Shown: in pieces, positions 30,376 through 40,191 of the stretch
How the letters are laid out: every line of letters begins with the position of its first letter
How positions within the stretch are numbered: position 1 is the stretch's first letter
Notes under the pieces: generated by a model
Told to the model about the DNA's origin: nothing
Database searches by the model: none
Seen by the model: the letters and a program-made list of their open reading frames with translations, nothing else
Translations under genes and position numbers: made by a program
Source of the DNA: a bacterium
GTDB taxonomy: Bacteria > Electryoneota > RPQS01
Assembly (NCBI GenBank): GCA_023382385.1
Contig: JAHDVH010000003.1
Location: forward strand, 278,806 to 342,805
DNA length: 64,000 nucleotides
Reading direction: 5' to 3'

Positions 30376-30897
30376 ATGTCTATCGCTGGCAAAAAAGTTG
30401 CGGTGCTCGTGGAACATCACTACCAGGATCTTGAAGTATGGTATCCCGTGATGCGCTTACGCGAAGCCGGAGTGAAAGTTCACTTGATCGGCACTGGATC
30501 TGCACCCGAATACGCAGGCAAATTCGGATATCCTGCTAAAGTGGACAAAACTGCAGACAAGATAAAGGCTGCCGGTTATGACGGGCTCGTCATACCTGGT
30601 GGTTGGGCTCCTGACAAACTAAGGATGTCCGAAGCGGTCTTGTCTCTCGTGCGCGAGATGGATCGCGCAAAGAAACCGATTGCGTGTATTTGTCACGGAG
30701 GATGGGTACTCGTTTCCGCAGGCGTTTTGCGCGGACGGAAAGTAACGAGTTATGTGGCGATTCGCGATGACATGGTGAACGCGGGCGCGAAGTGGGTAGA
30801 CGAAGCCGTCGTGGTGGACAGGCACCTCATCACCTCGCGCAAGCCTGACGACCTGCCGGTTTTCATGATTGAATTTTTGAAGCAGCTTGCCGCCTGA
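30376..30897 (+). CDS. DJ-1/PfpI family protein (intracellular protease/amidase-like)
   Basis: 173 aa. Nucleophile elbow ...PIACICHGGWVLVSAGVL.... Confidence 0.85.
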   Translation: MSIAGKKVAVLVEHHYQDLEVWYPVMRLREAGVKVHLIGTGSAPEYAGKFGYPAKVDKTADKIKAAGYDGLVIPGGWAPDKLRMSEAVLSLVREMDRAKKPIACICHGGWVLVSAGVLRGRKVTSYVAIRDDMVNAGAKWVDEAVVVDRHLITSRKPDDLPVFMIEFLKQLAA

Positions 30898-30900
30898 CGC

Positions 30901-32580
30901 ATGACTCGCGGTGAAGTGGTTGCATTGCTGGAGGAGTACGCGCTGCTTCTCGATTTACTTGATGAAGAGGCGTTCCGCGCACGCGCTTTCGCGAATGCGG
31001 CCCGCCAACTCACGCAAGTGTCTGCAACTCTCGAAGAGCTTCTGATCGGCTCACGCCTGAAGATGGTTAAGGGTGTAGGTGCCGCGATTGAACAAGCGAT
31101 ACGCGACATTGCAGAGAGCGGAACATTTACTGAACTCGAACGTGCGAGGGACCGCGTTCCCCCTGGCGTATTAGACTTAATGCGCGTTGATGGTCTCGGT
31201 CCCAAAAAGGCTCGCGTACTGTGGCGCGAGGCACATATCTCTTCACTTGAAGAGCTGGACTCGGCCATCATGGCAGGCAAGCTTTCCGCTCTTTCAGGCT
31301 TTGGGGGCAAAACCCTTGAAAAATTCCGGGCCAGCATTGCTTTCCTGCAAACAATCGGCAAACGCAGGCTCCGGCATCATGCCAAAAGAATTGCGGCGGC
31401 GCTGACTGAACAAATCTTGGCACTTCCGCACGTCGACTCAGTTCACTTCTGTGGAAGCCTGCGTCGCAACTGTGAAACGATTGGTGATCTTGATTGCGCC
31501 GTGTGCGCATCACGTGAGCATCATAAGACCTCACGAGAGCTGATTTCGAGAATCGACGCTATCACGTGGAACAACAAGGACGGAGAGATTTGGTCTGGAC
31601 GCACGACGGAAGGAATGGACATCGAGTTGTCCGTTTGCGCTCCCGATGAACTTGGGACAAGGCTTGTGCTCGCCACCGGTTCAAGAACTCACGTTGCCGA
31701 ACTCCTGCGCCGCGCGGGTGAACTGCCCAACTCGCCGACTGAAGAACAGCTATACGGTATGCTCGGGCTTCAATTCGTTCCACCTGCACTGCGAGAGCAA
31801 ACCACAGAGCCACGATTGTTAGGGGAACCTACGTATCCGTGCCCTGTTGAGAAGAAAGACATTCGAGGAATATTGCATATTCATTCGAACTACTCTGACG
31901 GACATCACTCCATTCGACAGATGGCAGAAGCCGCGATGCTGCGCGGCTATGAGTATATCGGGATTGCCGACCACTCCAAGTCGGCGGCTTACGCGGGAGG
32001 GCTTTCCACGGATCGCGTTATGGAACAGTGGGAAGAGATTGACTACTTGAATGATGAGCTTGCGCCGTTTCGCATTCTCAAAGGCACTGAATGTGATATC
32101 CTTGCTGACGGAAGTTTGGACTACGATGACGGTCTTCTGCGGGGATTTGATTACGTCGTTGCGTCAATTCATCAGGGTTTTCATATGTCCGAAGACGAGG
32201 CAACGACTCGCTTGTGCCGCGCTCTCGAGAATCCACACGTAGACATTCTTGGTCATGCCACCGGGCGTTTGCTCCTCAGGCGTGAAGGTTATCCAGTCAA
32301 TCACGAAAAACTTTTGGAATGCGCGGCCGAGTACGGGAAATCGATCGAGTTGAACACGAATCCGCATCGTCTGGATCTTGACTGGCGGTGGTTCAAGCGC
32401 GCTATTGAACTCGAGATTCCCATTCCTCTGAACCCTGACGCGCACGCCGCAGATGGACTCGACGATATTGAATACGGTCTTGATCTGGCTGCTAAAGGAC
32501 CGATCACGCAAGCACTTTGCCCTTCCGCATGGAGTGCTCACGAGTTCCTGCAATGGTGTCAAACTCACCCCCATCGATGA
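30901..32580 (+). CDS. Family X DNA polymerase with C-terminal PHP 3'-5' exonuclease domain (PolX)
   Basis: 559 aa. HhH/pol-beta-like N-terminus (GVGAAIEQAI..., GFGGKTLEK). PHP domain (ILHIHSNYSDGHHS ... HSKSAAYAGG ... ILGHATG). Confidence 0.85.
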   Translation: MTRGEVVALLEEYALLLDLLDEEAFRARAFANAARQLTQVSATLEELLIGSRLKMVKGVGAAIEQAIRDIAESGTFTELERARDRVPPGVLDLMRVDGLGPKKARVLWREAHISSLEELDSAIMAGKLSALSGFGGKTLEKFRASIAFLQTIGKRRLRHHAKRIAAALTEQILALPHVDSVHFCGSLRRNCETIGDLDCAVCASREHHKTSRELISRIDAITWNNKDGEIWSGRTTEGMDIELSVCAPDELGTRLVLATGSRTHVAELLRRAGELPNSPTEEQLYGMLGLQFVPPALREQTTEPRLLGEPTYPCPVEKKDIRGILHIHSNYSDGHHSIRQMAEAAMLRGYEYIGIADHSKSAAYAGGLSTDRVMEQWEEIDYLNDELAPFRILKGTECDILADGSLDYDDGLLRGFDYVVASIHQGFHMSEDEATTRLCRALENPHVDILGHATGRLLLRREGYPVNHEKLLECAAEYGKSIELNTNPHRLDLDWRWFKRAIELEIPIPLNPDAHAADGLDDIEYGLDLAAKGPITQALCPSAWSAHEFLQWCQTHPHR

Positions 32581-33032
32581 CGAATCAATCAGCATCAAGG
32601 CTCTTCCAAAAACTCCCCGATGCGGACTTCCGTTCTCGCTGCCAGACATTGTGTGAGTTGCTTCGCCGAGATAACTCGGCATACGACTGGGTGGGCATCT
32701 ACTGGGTAGACGGTGACGATCTCGTGCTCGGCCCCTGGTCGGGGAAGCAAGCAACTGAGCACACGCGCATTCCGATTTCACAGGGCATCTGCGGCGCAGC
32801 TGTTCGCGAGGGGCAAACCATTATCGTGGAGGACGTGCAGAATGATCCGCGATACCTTGCGTGTTTTCTCGAAACTCGCTCGGAAATCGTCGTTCCAATT
32901 CGTGCCGACGGCCTAATCATTGGCGAAATCGACATTGACGGCAAGCGCGTACGCGAGTTCGACGATAGAGACCAGGAATTTCTGGAAGAGCTATCGGAAC
33001 TAATCGGTCGCGAGTGGCCGGGGCGATGGTGA
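32517..33032 (+). CDS. GAF-domain protein (free methionine-(R)-sulfoxide reductase-like); start likely an internal Met
   Basis: ICGAAVREGQTIIVEDVQNDPRYLAC...EIVVPI is the fRMsr/YebR-type GAF signature. Annotated 5' end overlaps the PolX 3' end. Confidence 0.7.
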   Translation: MPFRMECSRVPAMVSNSPPSMTNQSASRLFQKLPDADFRSRCQTLCELLRRDNSAYDWVGIYWVDGDDLVLGPWSGKQATEHTRIPISQGICGAAVREGQTIIVEDVQNDPRYLACFLETRSEIVVPIRADGLIIGEIDIDGKRVREFDDRDQEFLEELSELIGREWPGRW

Positions 33033-34387
33033 ACGACTCGCCGCTGATGATCTCCGTATCCGGAGTGCGCGGCATCGTCGGGCAAAGCATGACTGCCGAG
33101 GTTTGTTTGCGGTGGGCACAGGCATTTGGAAATCAATGCGCGCCCGGACCAGTCGTCGTGGGTGGCGACAGCCGTATCAGCAAGACAATGATGCGTGCTG
33201 CCACAATCTCCGGCTTGGCATCAGCGGGCGCTCGGATAATTGATATCGGAGTAGTCGCGACGCCCACAGTCGCACTTGCCGTGGAGTATCACCGAGCGAA
33301 GGGCGGTATTGCAATTACCGCCAGCCATAACCCGGCTGAATGGAACGCGCTGAAGTTTTATGGCGAGGACGGGTTATTCATTGACGAGGACCGTGGCAAG
33401 TTGCTGCACACGGCCGTAGCCTCAACACAGGCATACGACGTTGATGCTTTTCGCGTCGGACGTTATGAGCGCGACGAACTTGCGGTTGAGAGACACTTGA
33501 ATGCCGTGCTCGCGATGCCTTTCTTGCGCGTTGACGAACTGAGGGGGCGGAAGTTTCGCGTCGGGCTGGACGCTGTGAATGGTTCAGGTGGCGAATTGCT
33601 CAAAAGGCTGTTGGAAACTCTCGGTTGTGATGTCGTGGGCTTTCATCTTGAACCAACTGGCAGGTTTCCTCGACAACCTGAACCGACTCCTGAAAATATC
33701 CGCGACGTGTGCCAAGCTATGCAAGATGCGCGTGTCGATATCGGCTTCGTTGTTGACCCCGATGCAGACCGACTTGCAATCATCCGGTCCGACGGTAAAC
33801 CGGCGGGTGAAGAATTGACAATTTGCGCTGCTGCGCTGGCCGCGCTTCCTTATGTTCCCGGTCCCGTTGTCGTCAACTGCTCAACCAGTCTCGCAATCAG
33901 AGACATAGCAAACTGCTTTGAACGAACTGTCTATGAAACACGAGTTGGCGAGGCGCACGTTGCGCGGCGGATGAAGGAAGTTGGAGCGGCAGTTGGAGGG
34001 GAAGGTAACGGTGGAGTCATGCTGCCTTTGGTACATGCTTCCCGTGACTCGGCAGTAGGGGCGGCCTTAGTCTTGCAGGCCCTGCTTTCAGCAGACACTG
34101 CTTCTGCCGAATTCTTTGACGGAATGCCGCAGTACCATCTTGTAAAGCGAAAGCGCGAATTCTCTACGTTGATGGAGCAGGCTCGTGCTCTCGAACGTCT
34201 CGCGCAAATCACTGACCTGGGCGAAGCTGACACGCTGGACGGATTCAAGTGGAGAACGGTAGACGCATGGGTACAGGCAAGAGCCTCCAACACTGAACCG
34301 ATTGTGCGAGTATTTGCAGAGGCTCCGACTCAAAGTGACGCAGAGCGGCTTGCGGCGAAAGTCTTAAATTTTCTTGATACACAATAA
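33014..34387 (+). CDS. Alpha-D-phosphohexomutase (phosphoglucomutase/phosphomannomutase family)
   Basis: Active-site Ser loop TASHNP. Metal-binding loop DPDADR. Adjacent to glgC, consistent with a Glc-6-P to Glc-1-P role. Confidence 0.8.
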   Translation: MAGAMVNDSPLMISVSGVRGIVGQSMTAEVCLRWAQAFGNQCAPGPVVVGGDSRISKTMMRAATISGLASAGARIIDIGVVATPTVALAVEYHRAKGGIAITASHNPAEWNALKFYGEDGLFIDEDRGKLLHTAVASTQAYDVDAFRVGRYERDELAVERHLNAVLAMPFLRVDELRGRKFRVGLDAVNGSGGELLKRLLETLGCDVVGFHLEPTGRFPRQPEPTPENIRDVCQAMQDARVDIGFVVDPDADRLAIIRSDGKPAGEELTICAAALAALPYVPGPVVVNCSTSLAIRDIANCFERTVYETRVGEAHVARRMKEVGAAVGGEGNGGVMLPLVHASRDSAVGAALVLQALLSADTASAEFFDGMPQYHLVKRKREFSTLMEQARALERLAQITDLGEADTLDGFKWRTVDAWVQARASNTEPIVRVFAEAPTQSDAERLAAKVLNFLDTQ

Positions 34388-34405
34388 CCACATCATAAAT
34401 TTCTT

Positions 34406-35695
34406 ATGGACAATGTAGCGGCAGTCATATTAGGCGGCGGACGAGGCACAAGATTGCATCCGTTAACCAAGCCCCGTTCAAAACCGGCCGTTCCGTTTGG
34501 CGGCATGTACAGGCTGATCGATATTCCAGTCTCAAATTGCCTGTATTCTCAACTGAGCAAGATTTATGTCATAACTCAGTTCAACTCTGCATCATTGAAT
34601 CGCCATGTTTCAATGACGTACACGTTTGATGCATTCAGAAATGGATTTGTGACGATTCTTGCTGCTGAGCAGACCATTGATACAAGCGATTGGCTGCAGG
34701 GGACAGCCGATGCCGTGCGCAAGAACTTGCGTCACATTCGACCTGCTGAACCCACGGACGTTTTGATTCTTTCAGGAGATCACATCTACTGGATGAACTA
34801 TCAGGGCATGCTCGCCCTTCACCGTAGAGCAAGAGCCGACATAACAATTGCAACTTATCCTGTTGCGCTCGAGGACGCCAAAAGATTCGGGATCATGAAG
34901 GTCAACGATGATGGTCGCATCGTGGAATTCAAGGAAAAGCCTGAATCCCCGAAAGACATTAAGAATTGGACACTCTCGGGTGAAGTGTTCAGGTCTGCCG
35001 ACTTTGACTCCGAGGGACCGGTTGTTATGGCGTCAATGGGCATCTACTTGATACGCTGGGAAGCAATAGAACAACTGCTCGCTCCTGATACGGGATCAGA
35101 TTTCGGAAAGCATGTGATTCCTTCAGCAATCAACACACATCGTGTGTTTGCCTACCCCTTCAGCGGGTATTGGGAGGACATTGGAACCATCGAATCCTAC
35201 TATGATGCCAACCTCGCTTTGACGGATCCTCAACCAAAGTTCGCTTTGTTTGATCCGAACTACCGGTTATTCACGCGTCCGCGCTTTCTGCCCGGTGCGA
35301 GTATGCGCGAGGTGTATTCGAAACGGGCGTTAATCTGTGCCGGCTCACGAATTGAGCATGGTTCCATTGAGCATTCTATCCTCGGTACGCGTACGGTTGC
35401 AAAGTCAGGCATCAAAATCATTGACTCGGTCGTATGTGGCGCAGACTTCTATGAAAGTTCGGAGTCGTTGCAGTTGAATCGCGAAACGGGCCGACCGGAC
35501 ATAGGGATCGGCGGCGATACGTCAATCAGGAAAGCTATTGTTGACAAGAACGCCCGGATTGGGTACGGCGTGCGAATTGACCCAAGCGACAATGTTCCTG
35601 ATCATGACGGCGAGGGTTACTCTGTGCGAGACGGAATCGTGATCATCGAAAAGGATGCCGTGATTCCTGACGGCGCCGTTATCCCTGGCAAATAG
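34406..35695 (+). CDS. glgC: Glucose-1-phosphate adenylyltransferase
   Basis: N-terminal AVILGGGRGTRLHPLTKPRSKPAVPFGGMYRLIDIPVSNC signature and left-handed beta-helix C-terminus. Confidence 0.9.
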   Translation: MDNVAAVILGGGRGTRLHPLTKPRSKPAVPFGGMYRLIDIPVSNCLYSQLSKIYVITQFNSASLNRHVSMTYTFDAFRNGFVTILAAEQTIDTSDWLQGTADAVRKNLRHIRPAEPTDVLILSGDHIYWMNYQGMLALHRRARADITIATYPVALEDAKRFGIMKVNDDGRIVEFKEKPESPKDIKNWTLSGEVFRSADFDSEGPVVMASMGIYLIRWEAIEQLLAPDTGSDFGKHVIPSAINTHRVFAYPFSGYWEDIGTIESYYDANLALTDPQPKFALFDPNYRLFTRPRFLPGASMREVYSKRALICAGSRIEHGSIEHSILGTRTVAKSGIKIIDSVVCGADFYESSESLQLNRETGRPDIGIGGDTSIRKAIVDKNARIGYGVRIDPSDNVPDHDGEGYSVRDGIVIIEKDAVIPDGAVIPGK

Positions 35696-35696
35696 T

Positions 35697-37007
35697 GTGA
35701 ATGTTGCAGAACTCATTGCCCGAAAACAAGACGGGGGCGGACTGTCAGACACTGAGATTACTGCGTTGATTAACGGATTTGTTGATGGAACGGTTCCCGA
35801 CTATCAAATGTCCGCGCTGCTTATGGCGGTTTACTTTCGCGGGCTAAGTGATCAAGAGGGAAGGTGTTTTCTTAACGCGATGATCAGATCCGGCGAAGTG
35901 CTGTCGTTCCCGGATATCTCAGCCCGCAAAGTGGATAAACATTCCACTGGTGGCGTCGGCGACAAGACTTCATTGATTGTTGCCCCCGTTCTTGCCGAAG
36001 CAGGTGTTCCCGTCCCCATGATTTCAGGACGGGCACTCGGGCACACAGGCGGGACTCTTGACAAGCTTGAAAGCATTCGCGGATTGCGCGTTGTGCTGTC
36101 GCATCAGGAATTCTCAAGCATATTGCGCGCGCACGGCTGTGTGTTTGGCGCTCAGACGGACAACCTGGTTCCTGCCGACAAAAAGCTGTATGCCCTGCGC
36201 GACGTTACCTCCACCGTCGCCATCCCTCCGCTGATTGCCGCGAGCATTCTCTCGAAGAAGATAGCCGAGGGTACGAATGCACTCGTTATGGACGTCAAAA
36301 TCGGCCCCGGCGGATTCCTGCCGACAGAGGAAGAAGCTCGGGAGTTAGCGCAGAGGCTTGTGACGTGGTCGGCGGACTGGAACGTCGAGACGATAGTCTA
36401 TGGCACGGACATGCACGAACCGCTCGGCGACACAGCTGGCAACCTCATTGAAGTTGTCGAGTGCTTGAGCATACTGAAAAACGGCATCGGCGACGCAAGG
36501 TTGATCGAGTTGTGTGGTGTTCTTGGAGGTGCAATGCTGAAGCTCGGAGGGATCGTCCGCGATGTCGAATCAGGCAGGAAAGAGTTCCATAGAGTGCTGC
36601 AGAGTGGGGCTGCATACAGGCGTTTTCAGCGGATTGCCGAAGCACAAGGGGCGGATCCTTTCGTATGGAAGGAGCTCGAGTCAGGCGTAAACTCGGCATG
36701 CTCGCACGTGATAACTGCAGCGAGCAATGGAGTGCTCTCCGAGATTCGACCTCGTCAGATCGGACTCGGACTCGTCGAGCTGGGTGCGGGGCGACGAGTT
36801 GCTTCAGATAAGGTCGACCCTTTCGCCGGCATTCGATTTTTGAAGAAGCGTGGCGATTCGGTCAAGATTGGCGAACCGATTGCAATCGCACATTGGAGCG
36901 GCGCACCTTCCGGCAAGCCGCAAGGGATCTCACTTCTATCGGGAGCCTTTGAGATCTCCGATGGTCCGGCGGAGAATCGACCACTGGTTTATTTCGAAAC
37001 TGCATAA
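35697..37007 (+). CDS. deoA: Thymidine/pyrimidine-nucleoside phosphorylase
   Basis: 436 aa. HSTGGVGDKTSL phosphate-binding motif and glycosyltransferase family-3 fold. Confidence 0.9.
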   Translation: MNVAELIARKQDGGGLSDTEITALINGFVDGTVPDYQMSALLMAVYFRGLSDQEGRCFLNAMIRSGEVLSFPDISARKVDKHSTGGVGDKTSLIVAPVLAEAGVPVPMISGRALGHTGGTLDKLESIRGLRVVLSHQEFSSILRAHGCVFGAQTDNLVPADKKLYALRDVTSTVAIPPLIAASILSKKIAEGTNALVMDVKIGPGGFLPTEEEARELAQRLVTWSADWNVETIVYGTDMHEPLGDTAGNLIEVVECLSILKNGIGDARLIELCGVLGGAMLKLGGIVRDVESGRKEFHRVLQSGAAYRRFQRIAEAQGADPFVWKELESGVNSACSHVITAASNGVLSEIRPRQIGLGLVELGAGRRVASDKVDPFAGIRFLKKRGDSVKIGEPIAIAHWSGAPSGKPQGISLLSGAFEISDGPAENRPLVYFETA

Positions 37008-37054
37008 GCGCTCGCGGCTGTAGCCGAACGTATCGAGCAGAAAGTGAAAGACGT

Positions 37055-37438
37055 ATGGATGACTCTATTGAGAAGAAGGTTCGCACGCTCCGGCTGAAAC
37101 TCCTGATGGCGGAAAGAGAGTTGCATGCTGCATCCGGCAAATGGAGACTTGGTGCGTTGCTGAAAGCTGGACACGCAAATGCTATGAATCGGGAGGTAGA
37201 TAAGGTTACGGACCGATTGGAAGCAAAGATCGACAAATTACGCGCAGAAATCGCCGAGCTGACAGGAGAACCATTGCAAAGCGCGAATCCGGGCAAAGTG
37301 GTCGCTCCTGCCTCCAAGACAGCAGCGAAGAAGGAACCGGCGAAAGCTCCCGCTGACAAAAAGATGCAGACGCAAAGAACGGCGTCAAAGAAGTCCGCTG
37401 TCAAGAAAACCACTACGAAAAAGTCCGGGAAGAAGTGA
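37055..37438 (+). CDS. Small coiled-coil protein with a histone-H1-like lysine/alanine-rich C-terminal tail
   Basis: 127 aa. C-terminus PASKTAAKKEPAKAPADKK...KKSAVKKTTTKKSGKK. Followed by an intrinsic terminator at 37466-37494. Confidence 0.55.
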   Translation: MDDSIEKKVRTLRLKLLMAERELHAASGKWRLGALLKAGHANAMNREVDKVTDRLEAKIDKLRAEIAELTGEPLQSANPGKVVAPASKTAAKKEPAKAPADKKMQTQRTASKKSAVKKTTTKKSGKK

Positions 37439-37465
37439 GCGCGAACCACCTTAAGTAAACTAATA

Positions 37466-37494
37466 GGGCCGCGTTATTCGCGGCCCTTGTTCTC
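37466..37494 (+). terminator. Rho-independent terminator (gggccgcg-ttatt-cgcggccc plus T-rich tail)
   Basis: 8-bp perfect stem with a 5-nt loop, followed by ttgttctcatt. Confidence 0.7.
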
Positions 37495-37511
37495 ATTCGT
37501 GCAATAAGAAC

Positions 37512-37838
37512 TTATTGAGCATGGTTGCGGAACTTCTCTTCGAGCTTTGCTTTCGGGAGAACTCCGGTTACAGTCTCGACGAGCTGCCCATTCTTAAAAA
37601 AGAGCACCTGCGGGATGTTCAGTACACCGTATTTGCGCGGCGTTTCCGGGTTGGCTGCGATGTCAATCTCGCCAATCACTGCCTTGCCATCCCAGTCAGG
37701 CGCAAGGTCTTCAAGTATGGCATGTATTTTCTTGCAGGGTGCGCACCATTCCGCCCCAAAGTCGAGAACGGCAAGTCGGTCGGCACGCAGGATTGTCTCT
37801 TCAAAATTTGCGTCTGTAACAGTGACCAAATTGGACAC
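37512..37838 (-). CDS. trxA: Thioredoxin
   Basis: 108 aa. Active site WCAPC. Thioredoxin fold length. Confidence 0.85.
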   Translation of the reverse strand: MSNLVTVTDANFEETILRADRLAVLDFGAEWCAPCKKIHAILEDLAPDWDGKAVIGEIDIAANPETPRKYGVLNIPQVLFFKNGQLVETVTGVLPKAKLEEKFRNHAQ

Positions 37839-37864
37839 GTCAGCTCCTCTATTGTTGCAGTGTG

Positions 37865-39664
37865 TTAAAGGTTGTGGCGATCCAACAGGGCTATGAAGTC
37901 TTTTGCGGGCTTGAATCCCGTGAACCGAGTGATTTCGCGGTCGCCTTCCTGCAAGATCACTGTTGGCATCCCCGTGATCTTATACTTCTGCTTCATCTCC
38001 TTCACCCACGGGGTTTCTTTGGTGAAGTCAAGCTTTAGTCTGACAAACTCATCGACACGTTGTTGGACTGCCGGCACAATCCAGGTCTTTTCGTCAAGTT
38101 CTACACAAGCGACACACCAGTCGGCATATACGTCGATCAGCATGGGTTTGCCCGAGGATTCGGTCAGCCGCAGAGCTTCTTCCTCTTTGTTGACCATCCA
38201 CTCTAATTCAGTTAGTGGGCCGGCGGATTCCGTCGTCGCGCCGATCGCATTTGGATAGAACGACTTGAAGAGGAATATCCCGCCGATCAAGAACACGATA
38301 AGTGTGAATGTTTTGCCAAGCCTCTGTTTCGCCGTGGCTTCGTCAGTTAATGAGTCGAAAGCGCCGGAAAAGACGGAAAACGCAATCAGCAGGACCGACC
38401 ACGCCGCATAATATAGGTGTTCGGGAAGTGTAAGCCGGAGCATATAGATTGCTCCCGCCATCAGTATCCAGCCAAAGCCTTTCTTGACGGTTTCCATCCA
38501 GGAGCCGGCCCGAGGCAGTGCCTGAATCGCACCGGCAAAAGTTCCGATAACCAGAAACAGCAAGCCAAGCCCCAGTGAAAACGTGAATAGCAACGCCCAG
38601 CCGTAGAAAAGATCACCCGTGCGAGCAACCCACGCGAGCAGCGCGACGATCACTGGACCGACACATGGCGCCATCACCAAGCCTGAAGCCATGCCCAGCA
38701 AGAGCGGTCCGAAAAATCCTCTTTTTGCTGCGCCACCCGTCAGACTGGACTGCAGCGCGGCAGGCAACGCAATATCAAACGCGCCAAGCATGCTGATTCC
38801 CATGATGCCAAAGACTATCGCGATGACGATATTCACTACCGGGGATCCGGAAATCGAACCAAACAGCGTCCCCGTGGCGGCGGCAAAGAGTCCAAGTCCA
38901 CTATAGACGATGGCGATGCCCAAGGCGAAAATCGTTGAAAGCATGAGGCCCCGCAACGGTTTCCCTGCACTTGAACCGCCGATGTATCCAATGGTTATTG
39001 GAATGACCGGATACACACACGGCGTGAAACTTGCGAGGATTCCGCCAAGGAAAGCAACAAGAAACGCCGTCCACGAGCCGCCCTCAAGCGCTGCGAGCAA
39101 GCGCGCTTCAAGTCCCTTTGGCTCTTCTTGTTCACCTGTTGCTCGGGCGTCCGCAAAAATCCGTTCGTTGGCGGCGATGACTTGAGAACCCGCAGCGCGA
39201 ATCTCAAGCGAAGTTGTGAGCCTCTTTTCTTCAGGCAGAAAGCATACTTCCTGTCCGTACTCTTGACAAATCTGATAGCCGGCCTCGACTGGAATTACAT
39301 GTGTCCCAAGCACGGCGTCAGGTGCGGCGGTAACCGGAACGCGCACGAGCACGTCACCGCGATAGCAAACCTCATCGTGGAATGGCTCCCCCTTCGGAAA
39401 TTGCGGTTCGCCAAATAGAAGGCCCAGCGTATCTGAAACCGTTACATAGAATAGCCCAAACTCGACGTCCGTAATGTGGTGTTTTGCTGGTACACTGAAC
39501 AGCAGGCCGAGTTCCGAGGTGCCGTCCGCCGCGATCGCATCTGTGCTCCATATCGCTCGCACCGGCACGCCGGGCGAGACTGGCCCGCCGTCTGCATCTG
39601 CCCTGAGAGGTGCCGAACCTAAAAGGGTCGCTACGACAAGTACAAAGGGTGCAATCCAAGCCAT
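37865..39664 (-). CDS. dsbD: Thiol:disulfide interchange protein DsbD
   Basis: 599 aa. N-terminal periplasmic domain, central CcdA-like TM core with Cys pair (...FTPCVYPVIP...), C-terminal thioredoxin domain (WCVAC). Confidence 0.85.
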   Translation of the reverse strand: MAWIAPFVLVVATLLGSAPLRADADGGPVSPGVPVRAIWSTDAIAADGTSELGLLFSVPAKHHITDVEFGLFYVTVSDTLGLLFGEPQFPKGEPFHDEVCYRGDVLVRVPVTAAPDAVLGTHVIPVEAGYQICQEYGQEVCFLPEEKRLTTSLEIRAAGSQVIAANERIFADARATGEQEEPKGLEARLLAALEGGSWTAFLVAFLGGILASFTPCVYPVIPITIGYIGGSSAGKPLRGLMLSTIFALGIAIVYSGLGLFAAATGTLFGSISGSPVVNIVIAIVFGIMGISMLGAFDIALPAALQSSLTGGAAKRGFFGPLLLGMASGLVMAPCVGPVIVALLAWVARTGDLFYGWALLFTFSLGLGLLFLVIGTFAGAIQALPRAGSWMETVKKGFGWILMAGAIYMLRLTLPEHLYYAAWSVLLIAFSVFSGAFDSLTDEATAKQRLGKTFTLIVFLIGGIFLFKSFYPNAIGATTESAGPLTELEWMVNKEEEALRLTESSGKPMLIDVYADWCVACVELDEKTWIVPAVQQRVDEFVRLKLDFTKETPWVKEMKQKYKITGMPTVILQEGDREITRFTGFKPAKDFIALLDRHNL

Positions 39665-39729
39665 GTGCTGTTGAAACTCAATTATATTTAGATAATCTTA
39701 TATACACGATTTACTATTCGGAGGTTCCC

Positions 39730-40191
39730 TTGAAAATCATACTAAAGCACTCAGGCCAAATGGCCTTTCTGGCGAAAGCTGATTCAAATCACTGGGTTCC
39801 CGTGGATGCTGGCCCGGTTTCGGGAGGCGGAAACGGGGCATCTTCCCCCATCGAGATGCTCGTGATCGCGGCCGGAGGCTGCGTAAGCATGGACATGGTC
39901 TTTATCTTCGGAAAGAGCCGCAAGCCCTTCACCCGCTTTGAGATGGAAGTAGAAGCGAACCGAGCGGAAACTCATCCTCGCAGAATTATTTCCCTTCACT
40001 TTCATGCGCAGGTTGAGGGTCCCGAAATGACGCCGGACATGATTGAAAAAGCACTCAATCTGTCGCTAACGAAGTACTGTTCTGTCACGCTCTCCCTCGA
40101 CCGTTCCGTCGTCCTGCGGGCCTCGTACACTTGCAACGGCCAGCCAGGAGTGGAATGGGAAGTGGAGCGAAACGCGGAAATCTATCAGTAG
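39730..40191 (+). CDS. OsmC/Ohr-family peroxiredoxin-like protein (TTG start with GGAGG Shine-Dalgarno 6 nt upstream)
   Basis: OsmC fold with Cys pair (...GGCVSMD... / ...KYCSV...). ORF track begins at 39610 inside dsbD. TTG at 39730 preceded by ggaggttccc. Confidence 0.7.
   Translation: MKIILKHSGQMAFLAKADSNHWVPVDAGPVSGGGNGASSPIEMLVIAAGGCVSMDMVFIFGKSRKPFTRFEMEVEANRAETHPRRIISLHFHAQVEGPEMTPDMIEKALNLSLTKYCSVTLSLDRSVVLRASYTCNGQPGVEWEVERNAEIYQ

Noticed and set aside
30750-32781. Minus-strand ORFs 30750-31361 (203 aa) and 32164-32781 (205 aa)
   Set aside because: Both are antisense to the well-supported PolX/DJ-1/GAF genes. Ser/Arg/Ala-rich with no domains.
36862-37449. 195-aa minus-strand ORF opposite the lysine-rich small protein
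   Set aside because: Phe/Ser/Ala-rich translation with no features. The plus-strand ORF has a clean downstream terminator and coherent coiled-coil/K-rich architecture, so the plus-strand gene is preferred.
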